A stretch of DNA of 64,000 bases from Camelus dromedarius. Taxonomy: Eukaryota. The stretch lies in contig NC_087436.1 in NCBI RefSeq assembly GCF_036321535.1, positions 33,110,001-33,174,000 of the forward strand, read 5' to 3'. Below, piece by piece: positions 13,729 to 27,091 of this stretch; within the stretch, counting starts at the first letter, position 1; each line of letters starts with the position of its first letter. The translations under genes and the position numbers were made by a program. The notes under the pieces were generated by a model. That model had not been told where the DNA came from, ran no database searches, and saw only the letters and a list, made by a program, of their open reading frames with translations.

Positions 13729-14108
13729 CTAAAATGGGAACATATGTAGCCATTTTGGGTTGGTTATCCAGTATTTAAAAATCACATTAAAAATCATATG
13801 CATATATATTTCATGGTCACAATTGATTATCCATTCCTCAGATTTGCCTCTTTTTTTTTTTTTTTTGGAGGGATTCTTGAGGCATGTTTTTGTTACAACC
13901 TTGAAAAGTCCACTGAGGCTGTGCTTATGTCCTTGTGAGCGGCATAGTTTGGAGTTCTGTTTCAGTACTCAGTATTTGTCAAGTTGACCTAATCATGTGA
14001 AAACGTACTATGTACTTGCATTAAGACCTGTTCTTCTATATTTGTTGGCTTTAAAATAAGTTGAAAAGAACCAAGTGCTTTTAAGAAAAAAAAAAAAAAA
14101 ACCCTTAC

Positions 14109-14275
14109 TGTAAAATGCAGATAAAGGACATAGAGTGATTAGCAAAAGAGTCCTTGTAGATTTACAGCTCATGCATCCCCCATTGTGTGCAGTAGGGTAG
14201 CAATAATCTCTCTAACCCAAAGGAGCAATTAGTATTCTCTTCCTGAAGAGAAGCCAAGAAGGAACTTTACTTTAC
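14109..14275 (-). pseudogene. Fossil exon: RGS-like helices 3-4
   Basis: Acceptor tttcatctatag|, donor CA|GTAAGG. 167 nt, phase 0 to phase 2: SSFLASLQEEN...LERLLL...MHEL*IYKDSF. Confidence 0.62.
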
Positions 14276-14799
14276 CTATAGATGAAATAGGATAATAGAG
14301 CTATATAAAAATGTTGAATAGAGAGAAAGTGATTCAATTTTTATGCAAATGTGTTTGTTGTTAACTCCAATGTTTCATATGTAAACCTTCTTTCATGTAA
14401 TTAAGGGGCATAAAATCCTGGTTATTTTGATGAGACCTTTTATTTTAGACCACAATTCTAATTTAATAATTTTGTGGTTCCACCAGCTTCCATCCATTTT
14501 TTATTCCAAACATTATTCATATTATGTAGATTTACCTTTACAGAGAACTACTTCAGTTGTTCACTGATCAGAAAACAAAACAAAACAAAACAAAACAAAG
14601 CAAGCAAACAAACAAAACTCTCTCATTAAATCACCATTTTCTTCTACTCAGGCATATCTAAACACCTTCGCCTGGAAGAAAGACGCCTCACAATTTTACA
14701 GTTGGCCTTCAAATCCAGTTCCAGTCTTAAACCCACCCCATCATGCCCTCCCCTCCCCCTTGCCCAATTTCATTGCACAGCAGAAAGTTCTATTTTTCC

Positions 14800-15320
14800 T
14801 TGCAAAGCATATTGCAAAGAGAACAGACTTCAGAATTCAGTAAACCAAGATTGAAATTTCAGTGTCATCACTTACGAGTTCTGAAATCTTGGAAAAATCA
14901 CTTAATATTTTAAAAATATCTGTGTGACACATATCTCTAGGGTGATTGTACTTCCAAATGAGAAAATCCAAAGGACACATTTTTGAAAACTATAATATGA
15001 AGTACCATTAATTCTCAAAGTGTATCAGAGAACTATCTCTTTTATTTTCATTGTTTTATATTTAAAAATGGCTCCATGCTTACGCATGTTTACTTGAAGT
15101 CCAGCTCCACAATTTACTCGCTAACTTAAGTAACTTAGTATCTATGGGACACTTTTTCTCATTTGTAAAATGAGAATAATAATAATGACTCCCTCAAAAA
15201 GTTCTTATGAAAATTCTGAGTTAACTCTCATAACAAATTAAATTAGGAATTAATATTTGAATAAATGCCTGGAAGAGTACCTCCTACAAAGGAAATGCTT
15301 TGTAAGTGCTAAATGAATAA
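14800..15320 (+). mobile_element. Two MIR fragments
   Basis: MIR core motifs, e.g. ttttctcatttgtaaaatgagaataataataat. Confidence 0.6.
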
Positions 15321-15591
15321 GCACTGAATTAAACAAATGAAATAACTTTCTTTACTTAAGGTCTTATTAGCAAATATGCATTGTTGCTTTCTAAGAGAGA
15401 GTATAATAGAATTTCTCAATATTATTTCCTCAAGAAAAATTTCTTTTGAAGAGAACCTTGGAAAATCCTGTTTTACCAATGGTGTTTAATTTTTCCTTAA
15501 CAAATAGTTCATTTTCTCACTGCCTGACTTTATTAAAGAATAATATGCACATTGGCAAGACCTGCTAATTTGCATAGCATTGGAAATAATC

Positions 15592-18500
15592 TTTTAAAAA
15601 TTTTAATAAACTTTATTTTTAGAACAGTTTTAGATTCATAGCAAAATTGAGCAGAAAATAACAGAATTTCTACATACTGCCACTGCCACACCTATACAAG
15701 CTTCCAACTTTGGACATCCCGTGGTACATTTGTTACAATTGATGAACCTATATGGACACATCATTATCATCCCAAATCCATAGTTTTTATGAGGGTTCAC
15801 TCTTGGTTTTGTACATTCTGTAGGTTTTTAAGAAATGTATAGTAACCCATATCCATCATTGTAATATTGTACAGAATAGCTTCACTGCCCTAAAAATCCT
15901 CTGTGATCTGCCTGTTAATCCCTCCCTCGCCCCTAACTCTTGCAACTCCTAAACATTTTACTGTTTCCATACTTGTGCCTTTTTCAGAATGTCATATGGT
16001 TGGAATTATACAGCATGTAGCCTTCTCAGATTGGCTTCTTTCACATAGTGTATGTATTTCAGTTTCCTCCATTTCTTTTCATGATTTGATAGCTCATTTC
16101 TTTCTAGCATTGAGTAATATTTTATTATTTGGATGTCCCACAGTACATTTATCCATTTGCCTTCTAAAGACATCTTGATTGCTTCCAAGGTTTGTCAATT
16201 ATGAATAAGGCTGCTTTCAGTTTATTTGGGCAAATACCAAGAAGCATGATTGCTAGATTATATGGTAAGAGTATGTTTAGATTTGTAAGAAACTGCTAAA
16301 TTGTTTTCCAAATTGGCTGTTCCATTTTGCATTCCTACCAGCAGTGAATGAGAGTTCCTGTTATTTCACATACTTAATGGAATTTTGTGGTATTGGTGTT
16401 TTGGATTTTGATTATTCTAATAGGTGTGTAGTGGCACATACTTTTTATTGTATCTTTTTGTAATATTGATCCCTTTATCATCTTGTAATTTCCCTCTTTA
16501 TCCCTGATAACTTTCCTTGCTCTGAAGACTGCTTTATCTGAAGTTAATATAGCTGCTTCTTCATTCTGTTAATTAGTGTTAACATGGTATATATTTCTCC
16601 ATCCTTTTAATTTATAATTATCTTTATATAAAAGTGGGTTTCTTCCAGACAATGTATAGTTAGGTCTTTTTTTTTCTTTTTGGAGGACTCCTCTCTGACA
16701 GTGTCTCTATTTTTCTAATTGGTGTATTTAGACCATTTATGTTTAAAGTAGTTACTGATATAATTCAATTAATATCTGCACTGTTTGTTACTGTTTTCTA
16801 TTTGTTGCTCTTGTTCTTTGTTCCTGTTTTTGTCTTTCACACTTTTTCTGACTTCCATGGTTTTAACTGAGCATTTTTTATGATTATATTTTCTCTCCTT
16901 TCTTATATAAATTAGAGTTTTTTATTACATTTTTAGTGTTTGCTCAAGAGTTTGCATATATATATTTATAACTAATCCAAGTCTACTTTTAGATAACACT
17001 GTACTGCTTCATGCGTAGTGCAAATACCTTATCATTAACAATTCCTAATTTCCCTCTTGTTTCTTGTATCATTGCTATCATTTATTTCACTTACACATAA
17101 ATATACAGAATTGTTTCTAATATTATTTTGAATGAAGTATTACTTGTCAGCTCAATTAAGAATAAGAAAAATAAAAGTTTTTATTTTGTTTACTTTTCCT
17201 GTTTTCTTTATGTAGATCTGCATTACTGACATACATAATTTTCCTTCTTGCAGAAGAACTTCTTTTAACATTTCTTGCAAGACAGATCTACTGACAACAG
17301 GTTCCCTCAATTTTTGTTTGTCTGAAAAATTCTCCTTCATTTCTGAAGGACTGTTTCAAAGGGTACAGATTTCCAGGTGGGTGGTGTTTTTTTTTTTTTT
17401 TTCTTATTTTTTTTCTTTCAACACTTTAAATATTTCAGTTTACTCTGCTTGCTTGCTTTGCTTCTGAGAAGTCAAATGTAATTCTTATCTTTACTCCTCT
17501 GTAGTTAAAAATATTTTCTCCCTCTGGCTTCTTTCAGGACCTTTTCTTTATCTTTGGTTTTCTGTAGTATGAATCATATTCCTAGGAGTAGTTTTTCCTT
17601 TGTTTTTCTTTTTGCTTTTTTGTATTTATCCTGCTTGGTGCTCCCTGAATTTCCTGGATAATTGGTATATATGACATTAATTTAGGGAAATTCTCAATCA
17701 TTATTTCTTTGTCTATTTATTCTTTTCCTTTCACTCTTCTTCTGAGATTCACATTAGGTATATGTTGCACCTTTTGTAGTTGTCCCACAGTTCTTATATG
17801 TTCTGTACTTTTTTACTTTTTTTCTGTTTTTTTTTTTTTTTTAATAGTTTTGGAAGTTTCTGTTGTCGTATCCTCAAGCCCTGAGATCCTTTTCTGAGCC
17901 GTATCTAGTCTACTTGTGTGCCCATCAAAGTCATTCTTCATTTCTGATACATTGGTTTTGATGTCTAGCATTTCTTTTTGATTCTTTCTTAGGGTTTTCA
18001 TCTCTCTATTTATATTATCCATTTTATCTACTCTTTCAATTTTGTCTCCTTTTCCAGTTTGTCTACTCTTTCTTTCAGCATATTAACCACAGTTTAAGCG
18101 CAGTACTCCTGCTATTTCTGACTTCAGTTCTCGTGTTTGCTCAGTCTCTTTAAACTTTTTTTTTTCTGCCTGTTAGTATGCTTAGTAATTTTTTGTTGAC
18201 CCGTGGACATGATACACTGGGTTAAAGGAACTATAGTTAATAGGCCTTTAGTAATGTGGTGTTTAGGGAGAGGGAAAGGTGAACCATCTATATCACTATG
18301 ATTAAGTCTCAGATTTCTGGTGAGCTAGTTTCCCTGGACTGTGAATTTCACCAATGCCTCTCAGTTGTCTTATACCCTCTTAGGTGGGCTAGACTGGCTA
18401 AAGTAGGCTGGAGTTGGAGCTCCCTTTCCGCAGATAGGTTAAGTTCTGATAAAACCCTATTTGATTAGTTTTTAGTAAAATAGTTTCTCTTGAGATCAGG

Positions 18501-18957
18501 CCTTCTTAAGAAGAACAGAATGCTCTAGTGTATTTCAAAATGGTTACTTTCCCCCTCCCCCTGCTAGAAGAATAAGGAGATTTTTCTGATATTCACTGTG
18601 AAAACCTGTGAGCTCCTAGAGGTACAACTCACAAAAGTATGTGAATTCCCCTATGACTGCGTCCCCCTTGGAGTCTTTAGTTTGCAGACTAGTTCACTGT
18701 GAGCCTCCAGCAATTTGTCCATCACAGTTTAGATTTTCCTACCCTGGACTGGTTCCCATGGGAGTATTTACTAGTAGGTTTCTGCTTTGGTAAGTGCTGA
18801 TTCTCTGTATCTATCTGCTTGTCTCTCTAATTTTGGGGATAGTATTTTGCCTTGTGATCTCACTTCTCTGATGGATCAAATTTTATAATTTGTTCAACTT
18901 TTTACTTGTTAGCATGAAGTGGTGACTTCTAAGCTCCTTACATGCTGACCAGAACCT
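15592..18957 (-). mobile_element. Old L1 (L1MC/L1MD-like), internally deleted, 3' UTR through 5' UTR
   Basis: 3' end actttatttttagaacagttttagattc. ORF1-like peptides at 17813..18022 (NQKEMLDIKTNVSEMKNDFDG) and 17152..17340 (FSDKQKLRE). Confidence 0.9.
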
Positions 18958-19038
18958 AAAATAGCAATATCCTTTCTTCATTAAAAAAAAAAATTTATTA
19001 GAGTCAATGGTCTACAAAAATTAACAACGTATAATTAC

Positions 19039-19849
19039 TGAAAATAGGACTTGTACTTAATACTATTAGTTGTATTTCTATATAAAAGAGTTTTTAATTT
19101 TTAGACTGTATATAGTACTTGAGGTTGGACTAATTTTCCAATATATTTTATTATTTCTAAAATTACTTTTTGATATATTTTATGCCTTTCATTTCTCCTT
19201 TGTTGCAGGTATTTTATCTTCACTATTTCTCTATATTTCAATGTCTTCTTGAAAGACACTGGGATTGTTTTTCTAATCTTGACACAATTAAATTTAACAT
19301 ACATTTTAATTTAAATAATATAAAAATCAGCTTAATAATCAACTTTTGTTTCTGTTTTTGAAAGCTTTCATTGAAAGATTTTATTGTGGAGAAGTTCAAC
19401 CAACTGTGAAATAATATAATTTATGCTATTTTAAAATATATAATACATTAATCTCATTTCTGCTTTTTTGGTACACTTTAACTACAAGTGGTACTACTCT
19501 TTCAAGTACATATTCTAACAGCTGTTACTTATAATATATTGGATGATTTTGTATTTTTTGGTTATCTCTTATAATATTCATAAGTATCCTTTGCTTAAAC
19601 TATTAAATAATCTGGCTACTGTAAACATTAGAACCATCTGTAGTCTATGCACATAGTTTTTCTTCCCAGTGTGTTTATAGGTTTTTGGAAAAACAATGAA
19701 CTTATGGAATTTACTCAGTTTTGTTAGCAAAATATTGTAGCCAATAAATAGGATCTCAAAAATTTTTTATGTCATATATGTTTATATTATGGTCTTTTAT
19801 CTTTTGATTTATCAAGTTAGAAAGTATCAGTCTAATAAGCTCATGGAAC
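19039..19849 (-). pseudogene. Fossil exon(s) with RGS-like motifs
   Basis: Acceptor ccttcttttag| then FHELIRLILSNLINQK; later SQLVELLHNK and LEKQ/FQEDIEI*RNSED...KA*NISK, resembling the DIE.Y+...KA..I pattern. Internal structure and 3' end are uncertain. Confidence 0.5.
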
Positions 19850-19959
19850 CTAAAAGAAGGTTATTTATCTTTCAGAATAAGCTGAACTTTGAAATTGTAT
19901 CTTCAATGAAAAATATGTGAATAGACTCATTCTAAATCTGAACTAGGGGGGACACATAC

Positions 19960-20741
19960 TTCATCAGTCTGAAGGTTGTACAGCATCAAATACTCAGTGT
20001 AAGCCTGACCCCAAAAAAGATAGTATTGTTAGTTCATTTTTCTCATTTTCTTGGATATCCCATAAATCTTGGACAGACATGTCTATGTAATTATTTTGCC
20101 AGTGGTGACTAGATTTTTTTTTACCATCACAGAAAGAATTCAGAGATGGGACGCAGAGGTTAAGAAAGTAAAGTGAGGATTTATTAAGGGATAGATAGTA
20201 TACTCTCAAGGGGAGAGCGGGCAGGCTCAGGTGAGCAGCTGCCCTGAGTTTCTTTGGCAAGTTGGCTACATAGAGTGTAAAAATGAATGAACGGACTATT
20301 CATTGGGGTAGGAAGGGTTTGGGATCATATTCCCTGATTTTCATCCCAACTCCATTTTCCCAAAGAGAGGAGAGATTTTTGTCCTAATTTAGTCTGGATC
20401 AGAAGTGTCATGGCGTTGGTGCATGATGGGTAATTCTAATCTGCAAGGCTAATTTTATTGAAATGAGGGCATAATGAGCCAAAGGTTACATTCAGACACT
20501 GGAGATCTCTGCTTTTTCCCACCTTTCTTTGTTGGCCTCCAGACCACTTGTCACCCCAAAATATGTGACTTGTTATCAGCCCCGAGGTCCCTGCTTTTCT
20601 CCAGGGACCCCTGCTGTTTACAGGATGTATGGTTTCCTGTATTCGGCCTGTGGCCCTCCTTTCTGCCCAATTCCTGCCGGTTGGCCTGCATCCCCCTTTC
20701 TTTGCTCATATCTAGCTCTCTGCCTGCTCTAACGATAATAC
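19960..20741 (-). pseudogene. Fossil exon interrupted by a solo LTR
   Basis: Acceptor tattttgtctttag| lies 7 nt from the LTR edge. Removing the LTR and one TSD copy restores YYYIDMSVQDLWDIQENEKNELTILSFLG. Donor A|GTATGT. Confidence 0.55.
20094..20734 (-). mobile_element. ERV1-class solo LTR
   Basis: About 640-bp GC-richer block, minus-strand AATAAA (tttatt at about 20180), near TG..CA termini, degenerate 4-bp TSD ATTA/ATAA. Confidence 0.8.
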
Positions 20742-20986
20742 CTAAAGACAAAATAAGTTGTTGACAAATGCCTTTTAACTATATTTTTGTATTCATTTGT
20801 GACTTCTCTTCAATAAGCACTGATAAACACACATAATTTTTAAGAGAGAATACATATTTTAAAACTGTACAGCAACCAAAAATATTAAGTAGTGTTTTCC
20901 AAGGTGAGGTAAACATACCATTTGTAGAATGTGAAAATATTAGGAGCAGTCATATGAACACACTTCTTTTTAGTTTTAATTGCTAC

Positions 20987-21701
20987 TTATCTATTTTATG
21001 CCTATTAGAAAAAAATAAGCACATCCAAATCTTGATTTTATGTGATATAGAAGGATATCTTGAGAAGAGTGAACCCTTAAAAAGAAAATTCTAACTAAAT
21101 GATAGTACACTTTCTGTAAAGGTATGACAAAATGATAAAGATCAGTTAAGCGTGCAAGTTTGGGGAACAGCGCATTGGGAGTCAATGGCAGTATTAAAAT
21201 AACATTTCATTTTGTAATACAGTTAATTTCACTAGCCTGTCTTCCTGGTGTATTTAGTTATAATGTAATTCACATAAATCAGGTTGATATGTATTAGCCA
21301 AGTTCAGGTTCAAGTAAGAGTCTCAAAGCTTGTTACTGCCATACAAAGAGTGAAGGAAAACAAAAATCCCTAACTTGAATTTATTCAGTGAAACAATTTT
21401 GGTGGAAGTGCTTTGCAGCCTCATACTATCGTACACCAAAAAAAGGAATGCAGGTACATACTGCGCCTTATCCTGGAAGTTGTGTATAGACTGAACCCTC
21501 TAGCTCTCTAGTGATTGATCTCTCCCCTCTAACTTCCTCTGAAATAAAACCACTTACCTTAGTGCTGCTCAGTCTCACCGATACCTTCCCTCCCTCAGTA
21601 CATACATAACCCATATCCTCAAAACTGTCAAGCTTTTTAACATGGAGACAATCTTAGTAAGTTTGTGGTATATGTTTAGCAAAAGCAGTATTGAAGGAGG
21701 T
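20987..21701 (-). pseudogene. Large fossil exon; internal alternative donor at 21558
   Basis: Acceptor gctcttttttccag|. Reads AFAKHIPQTY*DCLH..., VRDFC/FLHSLYGSNKL and FVIPLQKVYYHLV. A strong AAG|GTAAGT at 21558 could be the true donor. Confidence 0.5.
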
Positions 21702-22115
21702 CTGGAAAAAAGAGCACATTGGCTTTATTCATACACACTATTCATATAACCGTCTTTTACAGCTATACAAAGTCTTCTGTGTTCTCTACTTGTTATAATA
21801 ATTTGTGCTTAATTGTTTGACTATCAAGATTTTTTTTCAAGTTTATTGCCACTCACTAACATTTATTTGTATATTAACTTGTGACACAAAGGAATATTGT
21901 ACTGTATTGCGATGGAAACAACTTTGAAGTTTGAGTCCTAAAACTTTTTAATCTTCATGGAGGAATATGATCATCTTGGGAAAGGAGTGGATTATTTAGG
22001 ATGGGGATATGCCCAGATTTCTGTGCTTGAAGAGGAAGTAACAGAAAAGATAACCTGATGTAAGCCTAGAACTATTACTTTGTAAATCGCTGCACCATTG
22101 GTATGTAATCTATAC

Positions 22116-22494
22116 CTTTCTTCTACCACAGGAGATGTCTTAGGCATCTCTTTGACTTCCCAAATGGCACTGGAATCTGTTTTCTTAGATTCTTTTGGTT
22201 CTGTTTGTTCCTTCATCAAATGTTATTTTAGTGAATATGCTTTATAAAGAAATTAAAAGTTTACAAGATTTTCTTTTTAATAGCAAACATATGAAGTGAT
22301 TTGCTTCTTAATCTCAGGACAGTTTTCATTTCATAATAATAGCCATTTAAATATGAAACTGATCTTAAGGATAATCTTTGACCAGTTTCCTGGATGATCA
22401 ATTTGTGAAACATTAAGTTTTGTTTTGTTTTTTTTGCCACTTGATAAAATTTAACAACACACCTGTGTCTCGCATGTGACTGTACATATGTAAT
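22116..22494 (-). pseudogene. Fossil exon: RGS-like box plus linker
   Basis: Long pyrimidine tract ending acctgcag|. Reads ITYVQSHARHRCVVKFYQVAKK...SVSYLNGYYYE...HMFAIKKKIL (ORF 22261..22551), then KEQTEPKESKK...VEER|GTATAG (ORF 21992..22219). May extend further. Confidence 0.6.
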
Positions 22495-23139
22495 CTGCAG
22501 GTAAAGAGAGAGAAGAAGGGGTAAAGGAGGAGTGGGAGGATTTCTTTTCAAGGAAAAGAAAATGTCTTAGTATAAAAATGCATGTATATGAAACTAATTC
22601 ATCAGAAAAATGTGGATGTCTGTACATGATTGGAAATAGAGAAGCTAAATTGATTTACAATAGAATGAATAGGGTTATTTGTGGATATGGTAAGACAGGA
22701 AAAAAGGTGGTCCAAGTTGAAGAGAGGCATGCAATTCATCAACAGCTGAGGTTATATAATATTACATTTTAGGTTGTTAATGCTCTTATCTTATGATGTG
22801 TACTTTGGGAGGACAGGTAAAGAACTGTTGAGAGAATCCAGTTGTTTTGAAAAAGCCTGGCATAATAACAAGAGGGCTGTAGGGTATGAAAGTACAGCAG
22901 AGACCATGAATTTGAATAGGAGCTCCAGTGTAAGGCCCTTAATGACTGACCAATCAAACTCTGCCTGAACAGACACCAACACGGGAAGGCTCATGGCCTG
23001 AGGGAAGGAACATCTCAGTAGAGACGAGAGGATCCAGGGGACAGCATATGGAATCAGGGGTTTTTCCCCTCTTCCACATGACAATCCTGCAGCAGCACAG
23101 GTGCTAATTAGAGAGCACTCAACACAAATTACTTAAAAT

Positions 23140-23620
23140 GATAAGGAAATGTGCTGGCACATGCTACTTAAAGTCTTCAGGCAGAGAGGGCTTCAGGGTG
23201 GTTTGTGGTCTTCTTCACTGAACATGATGCTCTTGGTTCTATTCTCTGCATACTGACTTCATCCTGGACTAGTAGCTAGATGGCTGCAGAAACTCTGGGT
23301 CTCCTCTCCATGTAGGCTAATGACCAGAGAAAGGGAGTGGCCACTTTTTTCTGTCTCTCTCCTGAGAGCAAGACTACTTTTCACAAGGAGTCTTTGGAGA
23401 TTTTTTTTCCCTGAATTTTATGTGTCTTAATTTTTACATGCTCATCTCTCTATCTATCCTTGAACCAATGGATTTCCATAATTCCATCAGGGAAAGGTAT
23501 AGAGCGTCCCCTGTTTCCCTGAGCGAGTACCCCCAGGGCTGCTCCATAGTGGGAAAGCGTTATCAGTGTGAGACCCACAGTGAGTCCAGTCATCCTCAGT
23601 TAACATATTTGGAAGAAGAT
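23140..23620. mobile_element. Ancient ERVL/MaLR LTR fragment (LTR33/MLT-like)
   Basis: Motifs gggcttcagggt, agatggctgcag and catgctcatctct...tgaaccaat. Confidence 0.45.
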
Positions 23621-23799
23621 GGGTGAGAAGAAAGAATGCCTGGAAACTGAGAAAGAGCCTAACAGGGTATTTGTAACTAAAATTACTTAATATTCCCCAC
23701 AAAATGACTCATTTAAAGCAGTATGACCTTTAAGTGCACGTATAAGTCTTCATTTTCCAAGTCCACCATCCAGCCTACATCAGTGGGAATCCAAAACTC

Positions 23800-25100
23800 C
23801 TCTTTGTTTTTTCTACATTTTATTTATACTATGCAAATTTTGACCTGGTTACTCTAGGTTTATTTCTGTTCCTTTATGGCATATTTTTTTTTTCTGGAAA
23901 CTTTTTAGGATCTTTTCTTTTTCCTTAACATTCTAAAATTTCACAAGGCTGTATCTGGGTCTAGATACTTTATTAATTGGCACATGTCTCACTTAGTAGG
24001 CTCTTCTAATATACATTTATGTTTTTATATGAATTTAAAAATTTTTCTCTGTAATTTTTTATGGATTTATTGTTAGATATTAAACTTTTTAGACTGAGCC
24101 TCTACATCATATTTTTTCTCTCATGTTTCTCATCTTCTTGTCTTTTGTAATATATTTTGAGACATTTTCTGCATTTTATATCATAGACTCTCTATTGAGT
24201 TATTTATTTTATCTTTATATATTTTAATTTCTAAGAGATTTTTCTTGTTTTGTTTTTGTTCCTCTTTCATAACTTCCTAGTCTTGCTTTACAAATACAAT
24301 GTACCTCTGTAAGAAATCCATGAAGAAATTTAAAAATATTTTCTTTTGTTCCCTGAATTATTCTGATTCTCCTGAGACCAGTTATCTGTTTATTTTGTAC
24401 CTCCTTTTTTAAAGTGTTCCCATGCTTTTAGATCCTAGTTGTCCATTTATATTGCAAGTTGGAGAACCAGACTGATTTTTCTAGGTGGCTCTGAAATTCC
24501 TCTGCTCTCTGTTTCCTGATAGAACACTCAAGTAGGAGGATGGTTAATGAGGAACCCCATATTCCTGGATGAACTGAGTTCACTGTCAGGTTCTGTTTAG
24601 GGCTAGGGGATGAGATGACGTCTTTCAGATTGTGTTTCCCATGTGTGAATCTGGAGTAACTGCCAATTCTAAAAGGTAGAGCTTCCCTCATTTAAAAAAA
24701 AAAATTGTAGAAAAGATACGTGTTTTTTTTACTTGGGGATAAACATTGCTGTACTTGCCATTCTGAGAATGAAATGGAAGTGAACCACCGCTTCCCTACA
24801 TGTTCAGCTAATCCCACCCTCTGTATCACGTCAGCTGACTCTGAGGGGGGATCTTCCCCTGGGTTCCTGTGGACATGTACTCTCATCTCAAATGCAGCCC
24901 CTCACAGCATATTCTGGGATGCAATTTCCCCCTCTTCATTTTATCATAGAGTACACACTTTTATTTTACTTTATTTATTTTATTTTATTCTTTCCAGACA
25001 TACTGAGATTTTGTATTTGCTTGATGAATCTCTTTCACATTTCCCTTGCTGCCTTTTTGCAGTTGTACACTGTCATTCTATGGAGATGTGAGAGGCTGAC
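23800..25100 (-). mobile_element. Ancient L1ME/HAL1-like fragment
   Basis: T-rich degenerate antisense ORF1-like sequence. Confidence 0.5.
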
Positions 25101-25114
25101 TATGCTCAGTGCAA

Positions 25115-26040
25115 CATAAATTTATTGTTTCTTCATTGTGCCAGACACTATTCCATACGTAAGCACTGAAGTAAACTATGTGTTTACTTCTAAAATATGT
25201 CTTAGACTCACAAGCTTACAGTGGGTGGAGGCATGGATGGTGATGAGATCGGGGAGCAGTTTTTTTTTTTTTTTATTTTAATAAAAATTATCTGAAGGGG
25301 TAATAAGTGATCTGAAAGAGGAAATAGAAAGTGCTTCAAAGACACCCAACATGAGCCAAGGAATCTGCTTAGAGCACAAGCCATTTAAATTAAGAGAGGA
25401 GAGGTGGCTAAGAGACAGGTAGGTTAAAATAACATTCTGTGGCAAAGATGGTGAACTACAGGGCTGCCAGCAGAGGCAGATAGAGAGTCTTCCGTATATT
25501 GGGAAAAGCAGAAAGAAGTTGGTTGGCAGGACCTTGAGTGTGTGAGACTAGAAAGACAGTGGTCCCTGTGGATTCAGTCAGTTTTGTTAAAGGTTTTGAC
25601 TGTTACTCCAAGAGTAATAGAAAGCATTTGAAAGCTTGTAATCAGTGGAGTAACAAACACTTTAGAAGGCTCACTGTGCTGACATCATGAAGAATGAATT
25701 TGAGGGAAAAAAGCCTGGATATATGGCCATCAATGAGGGAAGCTTCCGGAAGCTCATGTAGTCTAGACTTAGACTGATCGTGGTCTAGAATCTTGGCAGT
25801 AGTGATGAAACCAAGTGGAAGGATTTGATAGATATTTGTGTGGTGGTGGGTCGTTATATAGAGTTTAATGACTTTCTGGAAATGAGAAATGAGGAAGAGG
25901 AAGGATTTTTAAAGCTGATCTTCAATCAGACTGTTTCATCTCAGAGTCTAGAGTGAAACCTGAAATAGAGGCAGGTATGCAGGGAAAGTACAGATGCTAA
26001 TGATGTGTTCAGTGTAGAGCATGTTGAGCTCAGCTAAACT
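25115..26040 (-). mobile_element. L2 fragment
   Basis: Motifs tttattg...tgtgccagacact, gaaagcatttgaaagc and tgatgtgttcagtgtagagcatgttgag. Confidence 0.7.
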
Positions 26041-26289
26041 GAGCCAGCAAGAGAAAGAAAAGCTGAAAAAATTCCTGAGGGGTTGGGGGTCAGGCCTAGT
26101 GCCACTGGTGCACTGGTGAAAATATTCTTAACTGGGTTGCTCTTCATATGGAAAGCTGAAACTTTTTTCTTTTCATCAAAGATCAAAATCTATCTGGGCA
26201 ACTCTAACTAAACTCATAACATCAATTAAATACCTTATAAAAAGTAGAAAAACTGACTGTTTAATACAAGGTTTATGTATTTACTACAA

Positions 26290-26495
26290 ATAAAAAAAAT
26301 AAATGAATTAAATAAGAAATGTAGCTATTTATATCTTTATATCAAGAGATATAAAGATAAAGAGGTAGATGTATAGTAGGGGAAAGTTTCTAAAAAGGCA
26401 TATTAGAGGGTTTTTTAATGATGATGGCTTAGGGTCTTCGAGATTTACTGAAAAATTATTTCCAAGGAAGTGTGGATATGGACTGTGTATTTTGT
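26290..26495 (-). pseudogene. Fossil exon; 3' end uncertain, a further small exon may start at about 26233
   Basis: Acceptor ctatatttctcag| then KIHSPYPHFLGNNFSVNLED, resembling the RGS helix 5-6 pattern. Confidence 0.45.
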
Positions 26496-26613
26496 CTGAG
26501 AAATATAGATAGAGAGATAGAGATATCTATATAGATATAAATTGAGTTTTTCTTGATGTGATTAGGAGAACTGGAAAACCTAGGGGAAGAAGTTAAGGAG
26601 TTAAAGAGGACAG

Positions 26614-26865
26614 TAATAGCCAAACATTTATTGAGTGCAAACCACGTGCCAGCTCCTGTTCTGGGTGTTTTCCATGTATGAAACTATCTAATCCTCATAC
26701 AGTAAGGTGGGCACTATTATTATCATCCAGTTTCACTAAAGAGGACACTGAGGCACAAAGCAATTAAGTAATTTTCTCAATTTCACACATTTAAGAATGG
26801 GTGGAATTAGGATTTAAATCTCGGCAGTCTGGCTCTGGAGCTCACATTACTGATCGCATTATATG
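26614..26865 (-). mobile_element. MIR (near full length)
   Basis: aacatttattgagtgc...gaggacactgaggcacaaag...ggcagtctggctc. Confidence 0.9.
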
Positions 26866-27091
26866 GCCTTTATGTAAATGTATAAATATCTATATACAAT
26901 ATAGTCATAAATAGAACATATGCAACCAGGTAACTTATCCCAGGTCTATACATGATGGAACCACTGGGTAGAATAGACAGATGCTTGACTGAGCTTGCAG
27001 GAGCTTTCAGTGACAAAGCTCAAAAATCATATTAACTAAGGTATATGAGTTTGTCCATGCTTTAAGTATATATATTTAAAATAGCATATAC

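Noticed and set aside
15355..15590. Possible extra fossil exon piece left of the 15.6-19 kb L1
   Set aside because: No clear acceptor, TSD or motif; I could not support it by eye.
26332..26359. 12-bp hairpin tatctttatatc-aaga-gatataaagata
   Set aside because: Short and low-complexity; no RNA-gene features.
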